From Eukaryota sp. TZLM1-RC (taxonomy: Eukaryota; Protista; Metamonada: BaSk clade): DNA of 64,000 nt. Below are positions 44,811 to 55,003 of the stretch, piece after piece (positions within the stretch are counted from its first letter, which is position 1; each line of letters opens with the position of its first letter). The DNA lies in assembly GCA_040285825.1 (NCBI GenBank), contig JAUPSS010000008.1, positions 992,001 through 1,056,000 of the forward strand, read 5' to 3'. Made by a program: the position numbers and the translations under genes. Under the pieces are notes generated by a model. That model searched no databases. It was given only the letters and a program-made list of their open reading frames with translations, and was not told the origin of the DNA.

Positions 44811-46249
44811 ACTCTTGAGTAGTGTTGGTGAAGTAGAGTGTATTTCACTTGATGATTTCAAAAATAGTGGTTTTCATTTGAAATGCATACTTCCTTCAAG
44901 CATCATTCAATTTTATTGCAAGAACTTTCATTCCTGGTGAGATCCTCCACAGACGTTCTAGATTCCTCGAATAATTGGCCACCAACCTCAGTGAGCCCAT
45001 TTCTCTTTAAGAACAACACGTAGCTTTGAAGCTAGTTTCTTTGTGGTCTCTGGGAAAGGTCTCATTATCTGTGTCATAGATAGTTTCCGAAATTTTTGCG
45101 CACGGAAATTGATTGTGTACTTATGGAAATTTCCCATATGGAATAGGAACTACTAATGGAATTGCGTCAAGCCGTTTTTGCTACACTTGTAATATTTCAT
45201 GAAATGTTTATCAAACGTTCACAGCAAAGTTGTGAATTATGAAACAGTTCAACAAAATACTGTATAACTACTTCAATGAAAAAACAGATCGAATGATCCA
45301 CAATTATGAAAATCTGATTGTTTCAATGTTGTACAATTAAAAGGTGAATATACGAAGTTAAAGTGACGAAGAAATTGATTTACATCTGAATTTTTCTCCT
45401 TGGTATTGAGTAAATTATCCACCCAAAACAGTTTATTACATGAAGTGTGTCGAATCAGAGCACGAAGACACCAATCAGAACCTTGAAATGAGAAATGAGT
45501 TGCAGTATTTGAAATGTTGAAGGGAATAAGCACTAACTTGGGATGTTTTCCTACATTGGATAAAAGTTGACCAAGAGTGCAAGAATTTTAAAAAAACAGG
45601 TTGTCCAAAGAATTGAGCTCGAACATCTGATAGATTGATTAAGATTATATTTTTCGAAAATTCTACTGCAAATCTGTTGATCAGGTTAATGATAAATGGC
45701 TGTATATGTTCATATTCAAGCCACATTATCTCCATGTTCAGTGAGGTCCTGATATAGTGATTTCAATGATATAAATGACCAATTTAACAAAAGGTTGATC
45801 TTGTAAAACAACCTTATATGTAGCCTTCACTGAACACCGGTGAACACTGATGGCACACAAAAGGTTGGAATTAATTGAACTAAAGAAAAATTTGCTGACG
45901 CAATAATTGAATTTGATTTGAAATAAAATACTTGCTGTCCATCTGGGCTTTCAAAATTTGCATTATTCATAGTCAAAGCAGTTTTGGGTAATTCAGAATG
46001 ATCATCAGTAGCAGTTGAACAACTGATTATGAACAAGAACAGTTTCTAAAAGGTAAGTTTCTGAAGGCAGAGTTTACGGTGGGCTTGGTTGTGTAAAAGA
46101 TATTGGTGGTGGTGAGATTAGATAGCAAGCAAAGACAGCAATAGAAAAGATACATTAGATAATACATGAAAGGATGTATGTGGGAATCTCCGGTGATTCC
46201 TCTTTGAAATTATTTTTGTCTTCTTTGTATAATTTAAATTTTTTCCAAA

Positions 46250-46970
46250 ACAGTTTATCTTGCTTGATAACTGAAGTTCCTCGCCGTTTTGAAATTACTG
46301 CTTTCGGATATTCATGTTTTGACATTGATGCGAATTAGACTTAATCTACCTCCTCCTCAATGCTCATCAAATATGAACTGTAAATGTGGTGCTTATGCTT
46401 CTTTTGATCATGTTATTTCCTGCTGCAAATTCACTTAAAAAAGATCAATTATCCACAATGCTGTTCGTGATTGTATTTACGATTTGCTAAAGTGTGCTCA
46501 TCACACAGTCCGTTTAGAACCACTGTTTGATGAATTAAATTTCAGTTTGAGCCAAAAACGAGGTGACATTCAATATGCTTGGTATGATGGAACTGAACTA
46601 ATAATCGATTGTACCACCGTATCTCCGTGGAAAAGGAGTTTAAATTCTGGCATTCAACATTTACTTAAAGTTGCAGAACATTCCAAGAAATCAAAATACG
46701 AAGTTCTTCTTCAACGTCTCAATCGAACAAGAGGTAGGAACATCAAATTTGTTCCAATTGCGATTTCAATTCTTGATACCATTGGAAGTGAAGGTCTTCA
46801 TTTTTTTGATGATTTAGGGAAACTTCTCAAAGAAGGTGGTCCTACAGTTGATTTTTTTGATTTGGAAGAGCGGAATCGTATTTTCGTTATTTAAAGCTCT
46901 TCCTCGTTATATTAACTCCATTTTGAATAACATTACGGAGCTTTATAACAATCGAGTTGCTATACAGTGA
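46250..46970 (+). mobile_element. 5'-truncated RLE retrotransposon (endonuclease region)
   Basis: RIRLNLP...CKCG...HVISC...IHNAVRD, KRGD, IIDCTTVSP, KKSKY and FVPIAISI motifs. Confidence 0.8.
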
Positions 46971-47039
46971 ATAGCGAAAACCTCCGTCATTTAGTTGATG
47001 GGGTTCGTAGTAGAAAAAGTATTAGTTAAGATTTGTTGT

Positions 47040-47315
47040 TGAGTTGTAAAATGTGACTGTTCCAGGAATAAAATTTTTAAGGGAATGGTGAGATTAATTT
47101 CTCATTCACTCTCGTCCTTTGGGAAATTTTCTGAATCTTTAGTAATCAATTGTTTTGAAGAAGGGGAGGCAGGTTTTGAGGATGTGTAGTTTTAGTTGTG
47201 TATTTCATTAATTCAGATTCCTTATTAAATGAATAAATGAAAAAAATTTTCCTGAAAAAAGCGACTTTCGTCCCATTAGTTATTTGTTTATTTTGTTAAG
47301 TGTGCAAGTTTAAAA
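47040..47315 (+). mobile_element. Two stacked retrotransposon 3'-end fragments
   Basis: GAGGCAGGTTTTGA.GATG is shared with 61667-61685; TCGTCCCATTAGTTAT...TTAAGTGTGCAA matches the family A 3' UTR. Confidence 0.6.
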
Positions 47316-48529
47316 ATTTGTTTACAACATATCAATTTTACCAAAAAAAGACTCAGTTTGAATTCACATAACAAATATTTCGACCAATTAATCCTCTTAT
47401 CTCTAGACCTGTAGCCCAAAAGTTTAATGAATTACGCTAACAAAATTTTATATAGACTGAGATATTGAGATTTTTCTTCTCAATTATAGTAAATTATCCC
47501 GTTTTTATCGCAAATTTGTTTTCAGTTGCAGCAAACAGTACTTTTTCTTGCTTTTTTGCTAATTTTCAGTACTTATTGATTATTTCCAATTGATTAACAT
47601 CAAGAAGTCATGGCCTCGATAACAATGAAGTCTTTACCACAAAACAATTGTATCTCAAATTGTTCTGCCCGTATCCTCATAACGCCGTACATTATCAGTT
47701 GTTTTGAGTGGATAGGTCCTACATTATATAAGTCTATTCAGGAACGGTCCTTGAAAATTTGATTGAACAACAATACTGCTTAGTAGACTATGGAAAGGGA
47801 AATCAGATGTTGCTCATCCTTGATTAAATAACCCAATATTTATCAGCAGTTGTGTTTCATTTGATCCGCGTAACCAAGCTAACCAAAGATTTGAACAATC
47901 CTCGTTCATTTGAACAATGACTGAACAACAAAAATCAAAAATTCAGAAATGGAACACATGGCAATTTGATTCAATGCGTAACTTACCCTTTTACAATTAT
48001 TTCTTTCAGAAAACCTAACAAGCAAACCTTCAATGTTGACTGATTGTACATGTGTTGAAAAGGACTGCAAAAACAGTTATAATGGTTTGAATTAACAAAA
48101 TAGGGTTGTATTCGCCATTTCTTTGATTTTATTTGATGTTATGATTCAACAAATTCTGTGAAAGGTTTTATCGGAATCAGGAGTTGAAATATTCTTACTT
48201 CATATTAAAGTCCTCTTACTCCAAATGAAAACATCAAAACAAAAACAAAAGGAATTTACTTTCAAGAGACTCAATGCTCCTAATGAAAAGGATAAATTCT
48301 CAAACAAGTACCATTAAGAAATATTTAGGAAAATTAAAGAAACATAGATTTATGGCAACAAAACGGTTAAGGAATGCGGTCAGGAATCGTAATGTCAATG
48401 TTGTTCTGAATCTAATTTATGTATTAGATGAGTATCTCAAAGATTATGAAGAAGCAACTTGATTCATTTCATCCTCATATTCCAGTAATCTCAACTTGTT
48501 ACTACCAGCTTACTTTGTCCTAGTAGCCG

Positions 48530-50338
48530 ATGTCAGCTAGACTTTGTGCACTTAAACAACAACCTATTAGTCTCACAAACATCAGAGATGCAGCGAAGTC
48601 TCACCTTCTTGACCAATTAAAAGCTGTTCATGGCCCAAAGGCCCTAGCAATCGACCCTGAACTGATTGGTCCCATCAAGCTTGTAGTACTCCAAGAGGAC
48701 TTACGTGCTGCTGGCATTACGGCATTTTATTCTCTCTCATCCAACCTCCCTTCCACAGCCCCTCCTGCTATTTTCTTCATTGCCCGCCCAACTCCTCAAA
48801 ACGTGTACAAGATAGCTGATTCTAAATCCTCATGTGGTGATATAGTCCAGGGCTCCTCCACTAGGCGTATGTTCAAAATTCTCTTTGTTCCCCATGTTAC
48901 TCAGGTCTGCACTCGTCTTTTAGAACAACGTAACGTCCTATCTTCTGTCAAGCTTTCATCTTTTCCCCTCAATTTAGTACCTCTAGACAATGATATTGTT
49001 TCCCTTGAACATCAAACCTGCTTCAAAAGAGTCTTTGTTGATGGAGATACTTCTACCGTTTACCAAATCGCAAGGAGCATTCTGGACGTGGAACAACGAC
49101 ATGGAATCATTTTAAAGATTGTTGCATTGGGAAAACAAGCAATTACCTGCGCTGAAGCCATTAAGCGATTCAAGAGTGATTCAGATGTGAATTTAAGACC
49201 AGTTTCCCCCGAAATTGAAAGGTTGGTGCTAATTGACCGAACAGTTGATTTAGTCTCTCCAATGTGTACCCAGCTCACGTACGAAGGTTTGGTTGATGAA
49301 ATTATTGGTATTTCGTCCACTTCTATTCAATTACCACCATCAATTCATGGCAAGGAGGTACCAAAAGCTCTCAATTCTAATGATATTTGTTTTGCGGAAT
49401 TTCGTGATTTAAATTTCGCAGCACTTCTTCCTATTCTTCACTCCAAAGCAAGCTCAATCACGGCCACTGTGGAAGAACTTGAACGACTGAAGAACTCGTC
49501 TGATGCTAAACTTGAGGATGTTCAAGAACTTTGGAACAATGTTCCCACTTATTTAGAAGAAAAGAAGCTATTACCAGATCATGTCTCGTTAGCAGAGTAC
49601 TTGGTTAATGAAACGTCTTCTACTGTCAAAGGAAGGCTTTTCCATCGAAGAATTGAGCATGAACAGTCCATCATGGGGGGTTCAGATGGTGATTACCTGA
49701 ACTTTGTTGACGAATTGATTGGCAGAGGAGAACCTTTGCCTACAGTGTTGAGGCTTCTTTGTCTTTATTCCCAAATAACTGGAGGAATTAAAAAAAGTTT
49801 ATTTGAACAATTAAAAAAAGATATTTTATTAGAATATGGTTTCCACCATTTATTTACACTTAATCACATTGAAAAATTGGGTTTAATTAAAATTGCTTCA
49901 AAGTCTAATTGGGGTTCCCTAAAAGCAAAGTTAAAACTCGTCAATGAAGCCAGCGATGAGACTAACCCTACAGATATGGACTTTGTGTACTCTGGGTATT
50001 GTCCTTTGAGTTGTAGGCTTATTCAAAAAGTAATTAATAACTTGTGTCTAAAAAAGCCAACTTTTGAAGGAATTGAAGATTTAATCTCCAAAATATGTCC
50101 ATTTTCAGAGTTTGATGAAGAACTGTTACCAGGTACTTACCAAGCAGAAGAAGAACAAACAACACCATTAAACTTTGTCTTTTTCATTGGCGGTGTCACT
50201 CATGCAGAAGCATCAGCACTGAGATGGTTGTGTGCCAAAGGATTACCCGTTCGCAGTAGGCTACTTTTAGGTACTTCACATATTACTAATGGTTCAAAGT
50301 TGGTATCTAGTTTATTTGAAGGGGTTCCAGGGGTTTGA
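48530..50338 (+). CDS. VPS33: VPS33 (Sec1/Munc18 family)
   Basis: LVPLDNDIVSLE, LIDRTVDLVSPMCTQLTYEGLVDE, VYSGYCPLSCRL and FFIGGVTHAE motifs. Confidence 0.93.
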   Translation: MSARLCALKQQPISLTNIRDAAKSHLLDQLKAVHGPKALAIDPELIGPIKLVVLQEDLRAAGITAFYSLSSNLPSTAPPAIFFIARPTPQNVYKIADSKSSCGDIVQGSSTRRMFKILFVPHVTQVCTRLLEQRNVLSSVKLSSFPLNLVPLDNDIVSLEHQTCFKRVFVDGDTSTVYQIARSILDVEQRHGIILKIVALGKQAITCAEAIKRFKSDSDVNLRPVSPEIERLVLIDRTVDLVSPMCTQLTYEGLVDEIIGISSTSIQLPPSIHGKEVPKALNSNDICFAEFRDLNFAALLPILHSKASSITATVEELERLKNSSDAKLEDVQELWNNVPTYLEEKKLLPDHVSLAEYLVNETSSTVKGRLFHRRIEHEQSIMGGSDGDYLNFVDELIGRGEPLPTVLRLLCLYSQITGGIKKSLFEQLKKDILLEYGFHHLFTLNHIEKLGLIKIASKSNWGSLKAKLKLVNEASDETNPTDMDFVYSGYCPLSCRLIQKVINNLCLKKPTFEGIEDLISKICPFSEFDEELLPGTYQAEEEQTTPLNFVFFIGGVTHAEASALRWLCAKGLPVRSRLLLGTSHITNGSKLVSSLFEGVPGV

Positions 50339-50365
50339 TTAGAGTTTGATTATTTATAAATGTAA

Positions 50366-52516
50366 TTATTGTCTTTTTCTTTTCATTCTTTTAAATTTTT
50401 CAAATATATTAGATCTTCTTTTTGTGTTACTCTTTCTTCTTTCTTCTTTGGCTTTTTCAATAGACTCAAAAAGCTCAGAGTCATCATTGTTAAAGACCTG
50501 GGGAGTTATTTTAGGCTCCTCATACTGACTATCATCTTCTTCTATAGCTTCCTCGCTCATTTTCTCTTTAATCTTAGCTGCCATGAATTGTTGGTGAGGT
50601 GTGCTCAGAGAGCTGTGTCCAAACATAGCACGATCATTTTTACAATCATTTTGATTGAAATCATCCAAATCAAGATCAATTACCTTGATCATTCCTTCTT
50701 CTATTGCAGGTATTAAAAGAGAACTTAAATGGCGAGGTGTTCTAATATTGGCCGTCAAGTATAGTTCATTCTTGGCTCTCGTGATTGCTACGTATAAGAG
50801 ACGTATCTCTTCTTGACCATATCGAGTTTTCAACTCAGGGGTAAGATATCTATCAGGTTCAGTTTGAAAGATCCAATTCGCAGTGCCTAATAGAACTACT
50901 TTTTCGTATTCAAGACCTTTAGATTTATGAATTGAGGATAAACAAATGGAATTCTCACTAGGTCTTTGACTAGGGTTTAATACCTGGCTGAATAACTCGA
51001 CTAAACTCTCTTTTGATGTTAGCAGTGTTGCTAAAGATGACAGCTTTTCCAGAATTTTGGGCACTGTAATCTGCTTTCTGTTTAAAAACAGTACCATGAA
51101 ATTCTTTGTGGTTTCGAACAACTCAGGAGCTGTGTTGAGTTTAGTCAATTTTTTAAGTAATTTCTGTAATTTAGTGTTGAATTCGAGTTCAATTGATGGA
51201 CAATTCATTAAATTGTGATAATTGAATTCATTATTCCTCACACAAAAATTGCAAAATTCATCAACGACGGACTTTGGATATCCAAAAAAATTGAAAAAAG
51301 AAAGGCAATAATCTTCATTAAATTGGTTTTGGGAGCAAAAGAGCACAAAAAGAAAAGATTCTACCAAGTCAGAATGTGGAAAATTACCATCTTTGTAATA
51401 ATTTATATTATTTAAAGCTAAATAAAACTCTAATAATTCAGCTAAACTGTTAATTCTAAAGAGAACAGCGACTTCTTTTGGCGAGGTTCCTTCTTCCAAC
51501 CAACCTTTGATCTTACTGACAATACCCACGCATTCGTGGTGTTCTGATTGGAAAGCAACCAACTGAGGAAGGGGTCCTTGGAGGTTGCTGAAACTAACTA
51601 ACTTGGAAGCTAACTGAGAGTTGGAGAAGGCAAGCACTTTATTGGCCAAATTAAGAATTTGTTCAGTGCTTCGAAAATTTTCGTTCAACTGTAAAACTTT
51701 GCAGTGAGGAATCCGACTGGGAAACTGGTCAAAAAGTTCAGGTTTTGATCCCCTAAAAGCGTAAATTGATTGGTTTACATCTCCAATCAAGGTTACCTTG
51801 GTGTGGTGAGCAAATAGATCAATAAGTTGAAATTCCGCATCTCGACAATCCATGGCTTCATCAATCAAAATATGATCAAATAATTGATTGATTAAAAAAT
51901 TGTTTTGACTAAACAACAAAAATGCAAAATCTATGATATCGTCATAATCACATTCACGATTCAAAAGCTTAGAATTCTGGACAAAACGAATAAAATCTGA
52001 AAAAATGGGTTCAAATTGCTGGAGTTTATTAAATTCAGAGGACCCGGATAAAAGTTCTTCCAGAGTTGAGCCAGACTTGCTTCTTGTATACACAGATACC
52101 AACTGCTGTTGACTAGGAAGATTCGAAAAAGACAGCTTTGGATTCTCAGTAACCAAATTTGTCAAGAATTGATTAGCAAATCTTTTGAGATGATGAGAAC
52201 CATTTAAAAACTTAAAGGTTTTAAGATCTCTGTCAATTAAATGACCATGGGAATAAAGGATTGAAGTGAAGACGCTATGGAAGGTTCCAGCTCGAACTGA
52301 GGTTGGAGAACCTTGATCACGGAGGCGAGAGACTAAAGAATCGGCAGCTGCTTTTGTGAAAGAAAGAAGACATATTTTGTGGGAAGCAGCATTATTATGA
52401 AGAATTAAAGAGCATTTGTGTATAAGTGTAAGAGTCTTTCCGGAACCAGCAACACTAGAAATAAGTGACACAGATGCGGGAGATGTAGAAGCCTTTATTT
52501 GAGCATTTGTTAGCAT
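50366..52516 (-). CDS. UvrD/PcrA/Srs2-like SF1 DNA helicase
   Basis: AGSGKT, LSFTKAAA, GTFHS, LIDEAMD, IGDVNQSIYAFRGS, NFRST, SIHKSKGLEY and RLLYVAITRAK motifs. Confidence 0.92.
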   Translation of the reverse strand: MLTNAQIKASTSPASVSLISSVAGSGKTLTLIHKCSLILHNNAASHKICLLSFTKAAADSLVSRLRDQGSPTSVRAGTFHSVFTSILYSHGHLIDRDLKTFKFLNGSHHLKRFANQFLTNLVTENPKLSFSNLPSQQQLVSVYTRSKSGSTLEELLSGSSEFNKLQQFEPIFSDFIRFVQNSKLLNRECDYDDIIDFAFLLFSQNNFLINQLFDHILIDEAMDCRDAEFQLIDLFAHHTKVTLIGDVNQSIYAFRGSKPELFDQFPSRIPHCKVLQLNENFRSTEQILNLANKVLAFSNSQLASKLVSFSNLQGPLPQLVAFQSEHHECVGIVSKIKGWLEEGTSPKEVAVLFRINSLAELLEFYLALNNINYYKDGNFPHSDLVESFLFVLFCSQNQFNEDYCLSFFNFFGYPKSVVDEFCNFCVRNNEFNYHNLMNCPSIELEFNTKLQKLLKKLTKLNTAPELFETTKNFMVLFLNRKQITVPKILEKLSSLATLLTSKESLVELFSQVLNPSQRPSENSICLSSIHKSKGLEYEKVVLLGTANWIFQTEPDRYLTPELKTRYGQEEIRLLYVAITRAKNELYLTANIRTPRHLSSLLIPAIEEGMIKVIDLDLDDFNQNDCKNDRAMFGHSSLSTPHQQFMAAKIKEKMSEEAIEEDDSQYEEPKITPQVFNNDDSELFESIEKAKEERRKSNTKRRSNIFEKFKRMKRKRQ

Positions 52517-52563
52517 TTAAGGAAGAGATATGGAGAGAAGAAAATTCTTTTATTCGGAGAATC

Positions 52564-52986
52564 ATGCCACCCAACAACAAAACCAAACAATCTAGAAACA
52601 TTAAGAAACGGACAGAATCACGCAAGCCAGATTCTCATGTGGATGCCCATAAGCAGTTTATCAAGTTTGAGGAAGAGGTTATCAACTTTGGATCTGGTAC
52701 TCTTTGTGGAAAGAGTCTTCGTGAATATCAAAACTCTCTCTTTGCAAGATCAGGCTTAACTCACAAGAAGAAAATACGCAGACTACCACAACATATGGCT
52801 AATCACAACAAGAAGATGCGTAAAAAGGCCGCTACTGCTGAAAAGCAGGGACGCGTTGGTCTTGATGCAGATACCGCCAAAATACATCATATGGCTAGCA
52901 GTGAAACATTGAAGGATGTTCGTCGGAAGCAGAAATTTATAGCTCTGCGCAAAGACCGTTTGGCCAAAGAGTTGAAGAAGACTTGA
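52564..52986 (+). CDS. DUF4602/Faf1-like small basic nucleolar protein
   Basis: EEVINFGS...LREYQ...GL...K pattern resembles C1orf131/Faf1; ATG 52564. Confidence 0.55.
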   Translation: MPPNNKTKQSRNIKKRTESRKPDSHVDAHKQFIKFEEEVINFGSGTLCGKSLREYQNSLFARSGLTHKKKIRRLPQHMANHNKKMRKKAATAEKQGRVGLDADTAKIHHMASSETLKDVRRKQKFIALRKDRLAKELKKT

Positions 52987-53199
52987 TCATCATGATAATC
53001 AACTTAGTGGTAATCAGGGGTCTTCTTCAATAATCTTAGTATTTAATAGTTTATTATTGTAATTTGTTTTGTTTTTGTGTTTTTCTTGTCAACACTAGCG
53101 TTTTAATTGTCCTCATTCAACTCTCTATTTTTAGTGATTTCTTTAAAAATCGATTTTTTTCTGTTGTTGTTGATTTTTTTATCAATTAAAAGCGTTTAT

Positions 53200-54420
53200 T
53201 TTGAAACCCAAACAGAGCAACTAAACAAAAAACTAGCACTCAATATCCTCAATACACGCTTCAACATCACCAAATCTGTTCAGTGCGCGATTTTCATACT
53301 CTATTCCTAATTTTTAAAGTGCTTTGCTTAACATTTCTGGAATTGCTTTAAGTATACTAAAAACAATAATATTGTGCCAGAAATTAAATTTCAACTCTTT
53401 TCCTGCTCTTTCCCTTATGGAACAGTTGAAACCTTCAAAAATAATTAATACCAGATATTCCGATGTTACCAAAAAGAGAAACAACAAATGGAACCAGCTC
53501 ATCCTTTACATGCTCAAAATGCCCAAGTTGAGATAAAGACTCTTTGTACTTTTTGATTTTACTCTTTTCAGCAAAGCAAAGTGGAGTTTCATCCTTTTTA
53601 GCAAAATCAATTGCTGATTCGTTACAAACATCAACAGTGACAACATAAACAACTTTGATCACACCATCAGACTCAGGAATAATGAAATCACCACGGCGTT
53701 TCCCAAAAGTATTATCATCTTCATTTTTAGGTGACAATTTACGCACAAGTGGTTCAACAAAAGCTTCAATATGGTGACTTTTCCACATAGTATCCAGATG
53801 GTCTCTAACAGCATCATGAACAACTGAGCCATATGTAATATTAAATTTGCAATTAAATAAATGATTCAAATAAATAAGCTGACCACAACGACAAATCAAA
53901 TCACTTGGCACATTGCATGGCCAAAAAAACACTTCATTCTTAGAGCAGTTGTCCATTGATGGTTATTTAACAATAAACCATAAACATTTGGAATCTGGGA
54001 AATGAGACAACTTGAGCTACTTTCCTTAAAAAGTTGGCAAAAACGGGATTCTTTTCATTATGTATGCTAACTCGAACAGTAAAAAGCATATTTTCAAAAA
54101 CTTTTAATAACTATTTCTGCAATTTGGCGTTTGCAAATATCAAGGAAACCAAGTTTCTGGGTAGAATTTCTTCAATATCGGGAGAAAAGCAATTGGACCA
54201 GATGTGAAGAGAGAGGCATTCAATTTCATTCTGTAAAGACATTCAATATTCACTAACACAATGTTCTATTCAATGTTGGTTTTCAGGAAAACGCTTAAGA
54301 AATTCAAAAACGAAGATTTTGAACCCACCAATGAATGCAACTTTACACAAATAACTAGATTTGTGAAAATCTAGTCCCCCAAATTCTGTGCTACAAAAAA
54401 ATGTTGATTTTTAAGACATT
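53200..54420 (-). mobile_element. 5'-truncated, decayed RLE non-LTR retrotransposon
   Basis: EFGGLDF...KVAFIGG, CRCG...HLFNC...VHDAVRD, RRGD, VVTVD, AEKSKIKKY and VPFVVSLFGNIG motifs. Confidence 0.82.
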
Positions 54421-55003
54421 GATTTTTATTACAAGCGTTGTTTTACAATGTACAAAGAAGGAAATTAAATCCTGAAGGTTTACACAAAGTCAACGTGAAT
54501 AAATGCATCAACAATGGAGCAAAGAGTCTTGATCAACCAATTGCTCCAAATGAATGGCTATCAGAATCTTCCCGATTGTTGTGAAGTTGCTATCCATCTT
54601 GGTTGTGAGTTGTAATTCTGATTTTTGAATTGTATGCTTTACAATCATAATTCAAAATTGTGGATAACATTTAACCAAACAAAATTCGTTCCACTAGTTG
54701 TGAGTAAAATCATTCAAACATTCAACCGATCTAGTAGGGCAAATCTAATAGGGATATAATTTCAATTCAAAGCTTCATTTGGGTGGTGTAATTAGGAAAT
54801 TAAATAGTGCTTTTGTAATTTGCTTAAGACTGACATTTTTGCTGAACAATCGAGCACAGTTATTTTTCAAATGAAGCCCATGGTAATCCAAAGTTACGTT
54901 TTGGAGTCACTCGAATCTTGACAAATTCCGCAGAACTGTAGCAGGTGACCACCTGACACCGTGAATGAAAGTTTTGTTAGAGGAGATTAATAGAATATAA
55001 AAG

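Noticed and set aside
47560-48462. Possible integrase/transposase remnant (TWQFD, MLLILD-like words) and small ORF 48274..48462
   Set aside because: Too degraded; no ordered catalytic motifs could be assembled.
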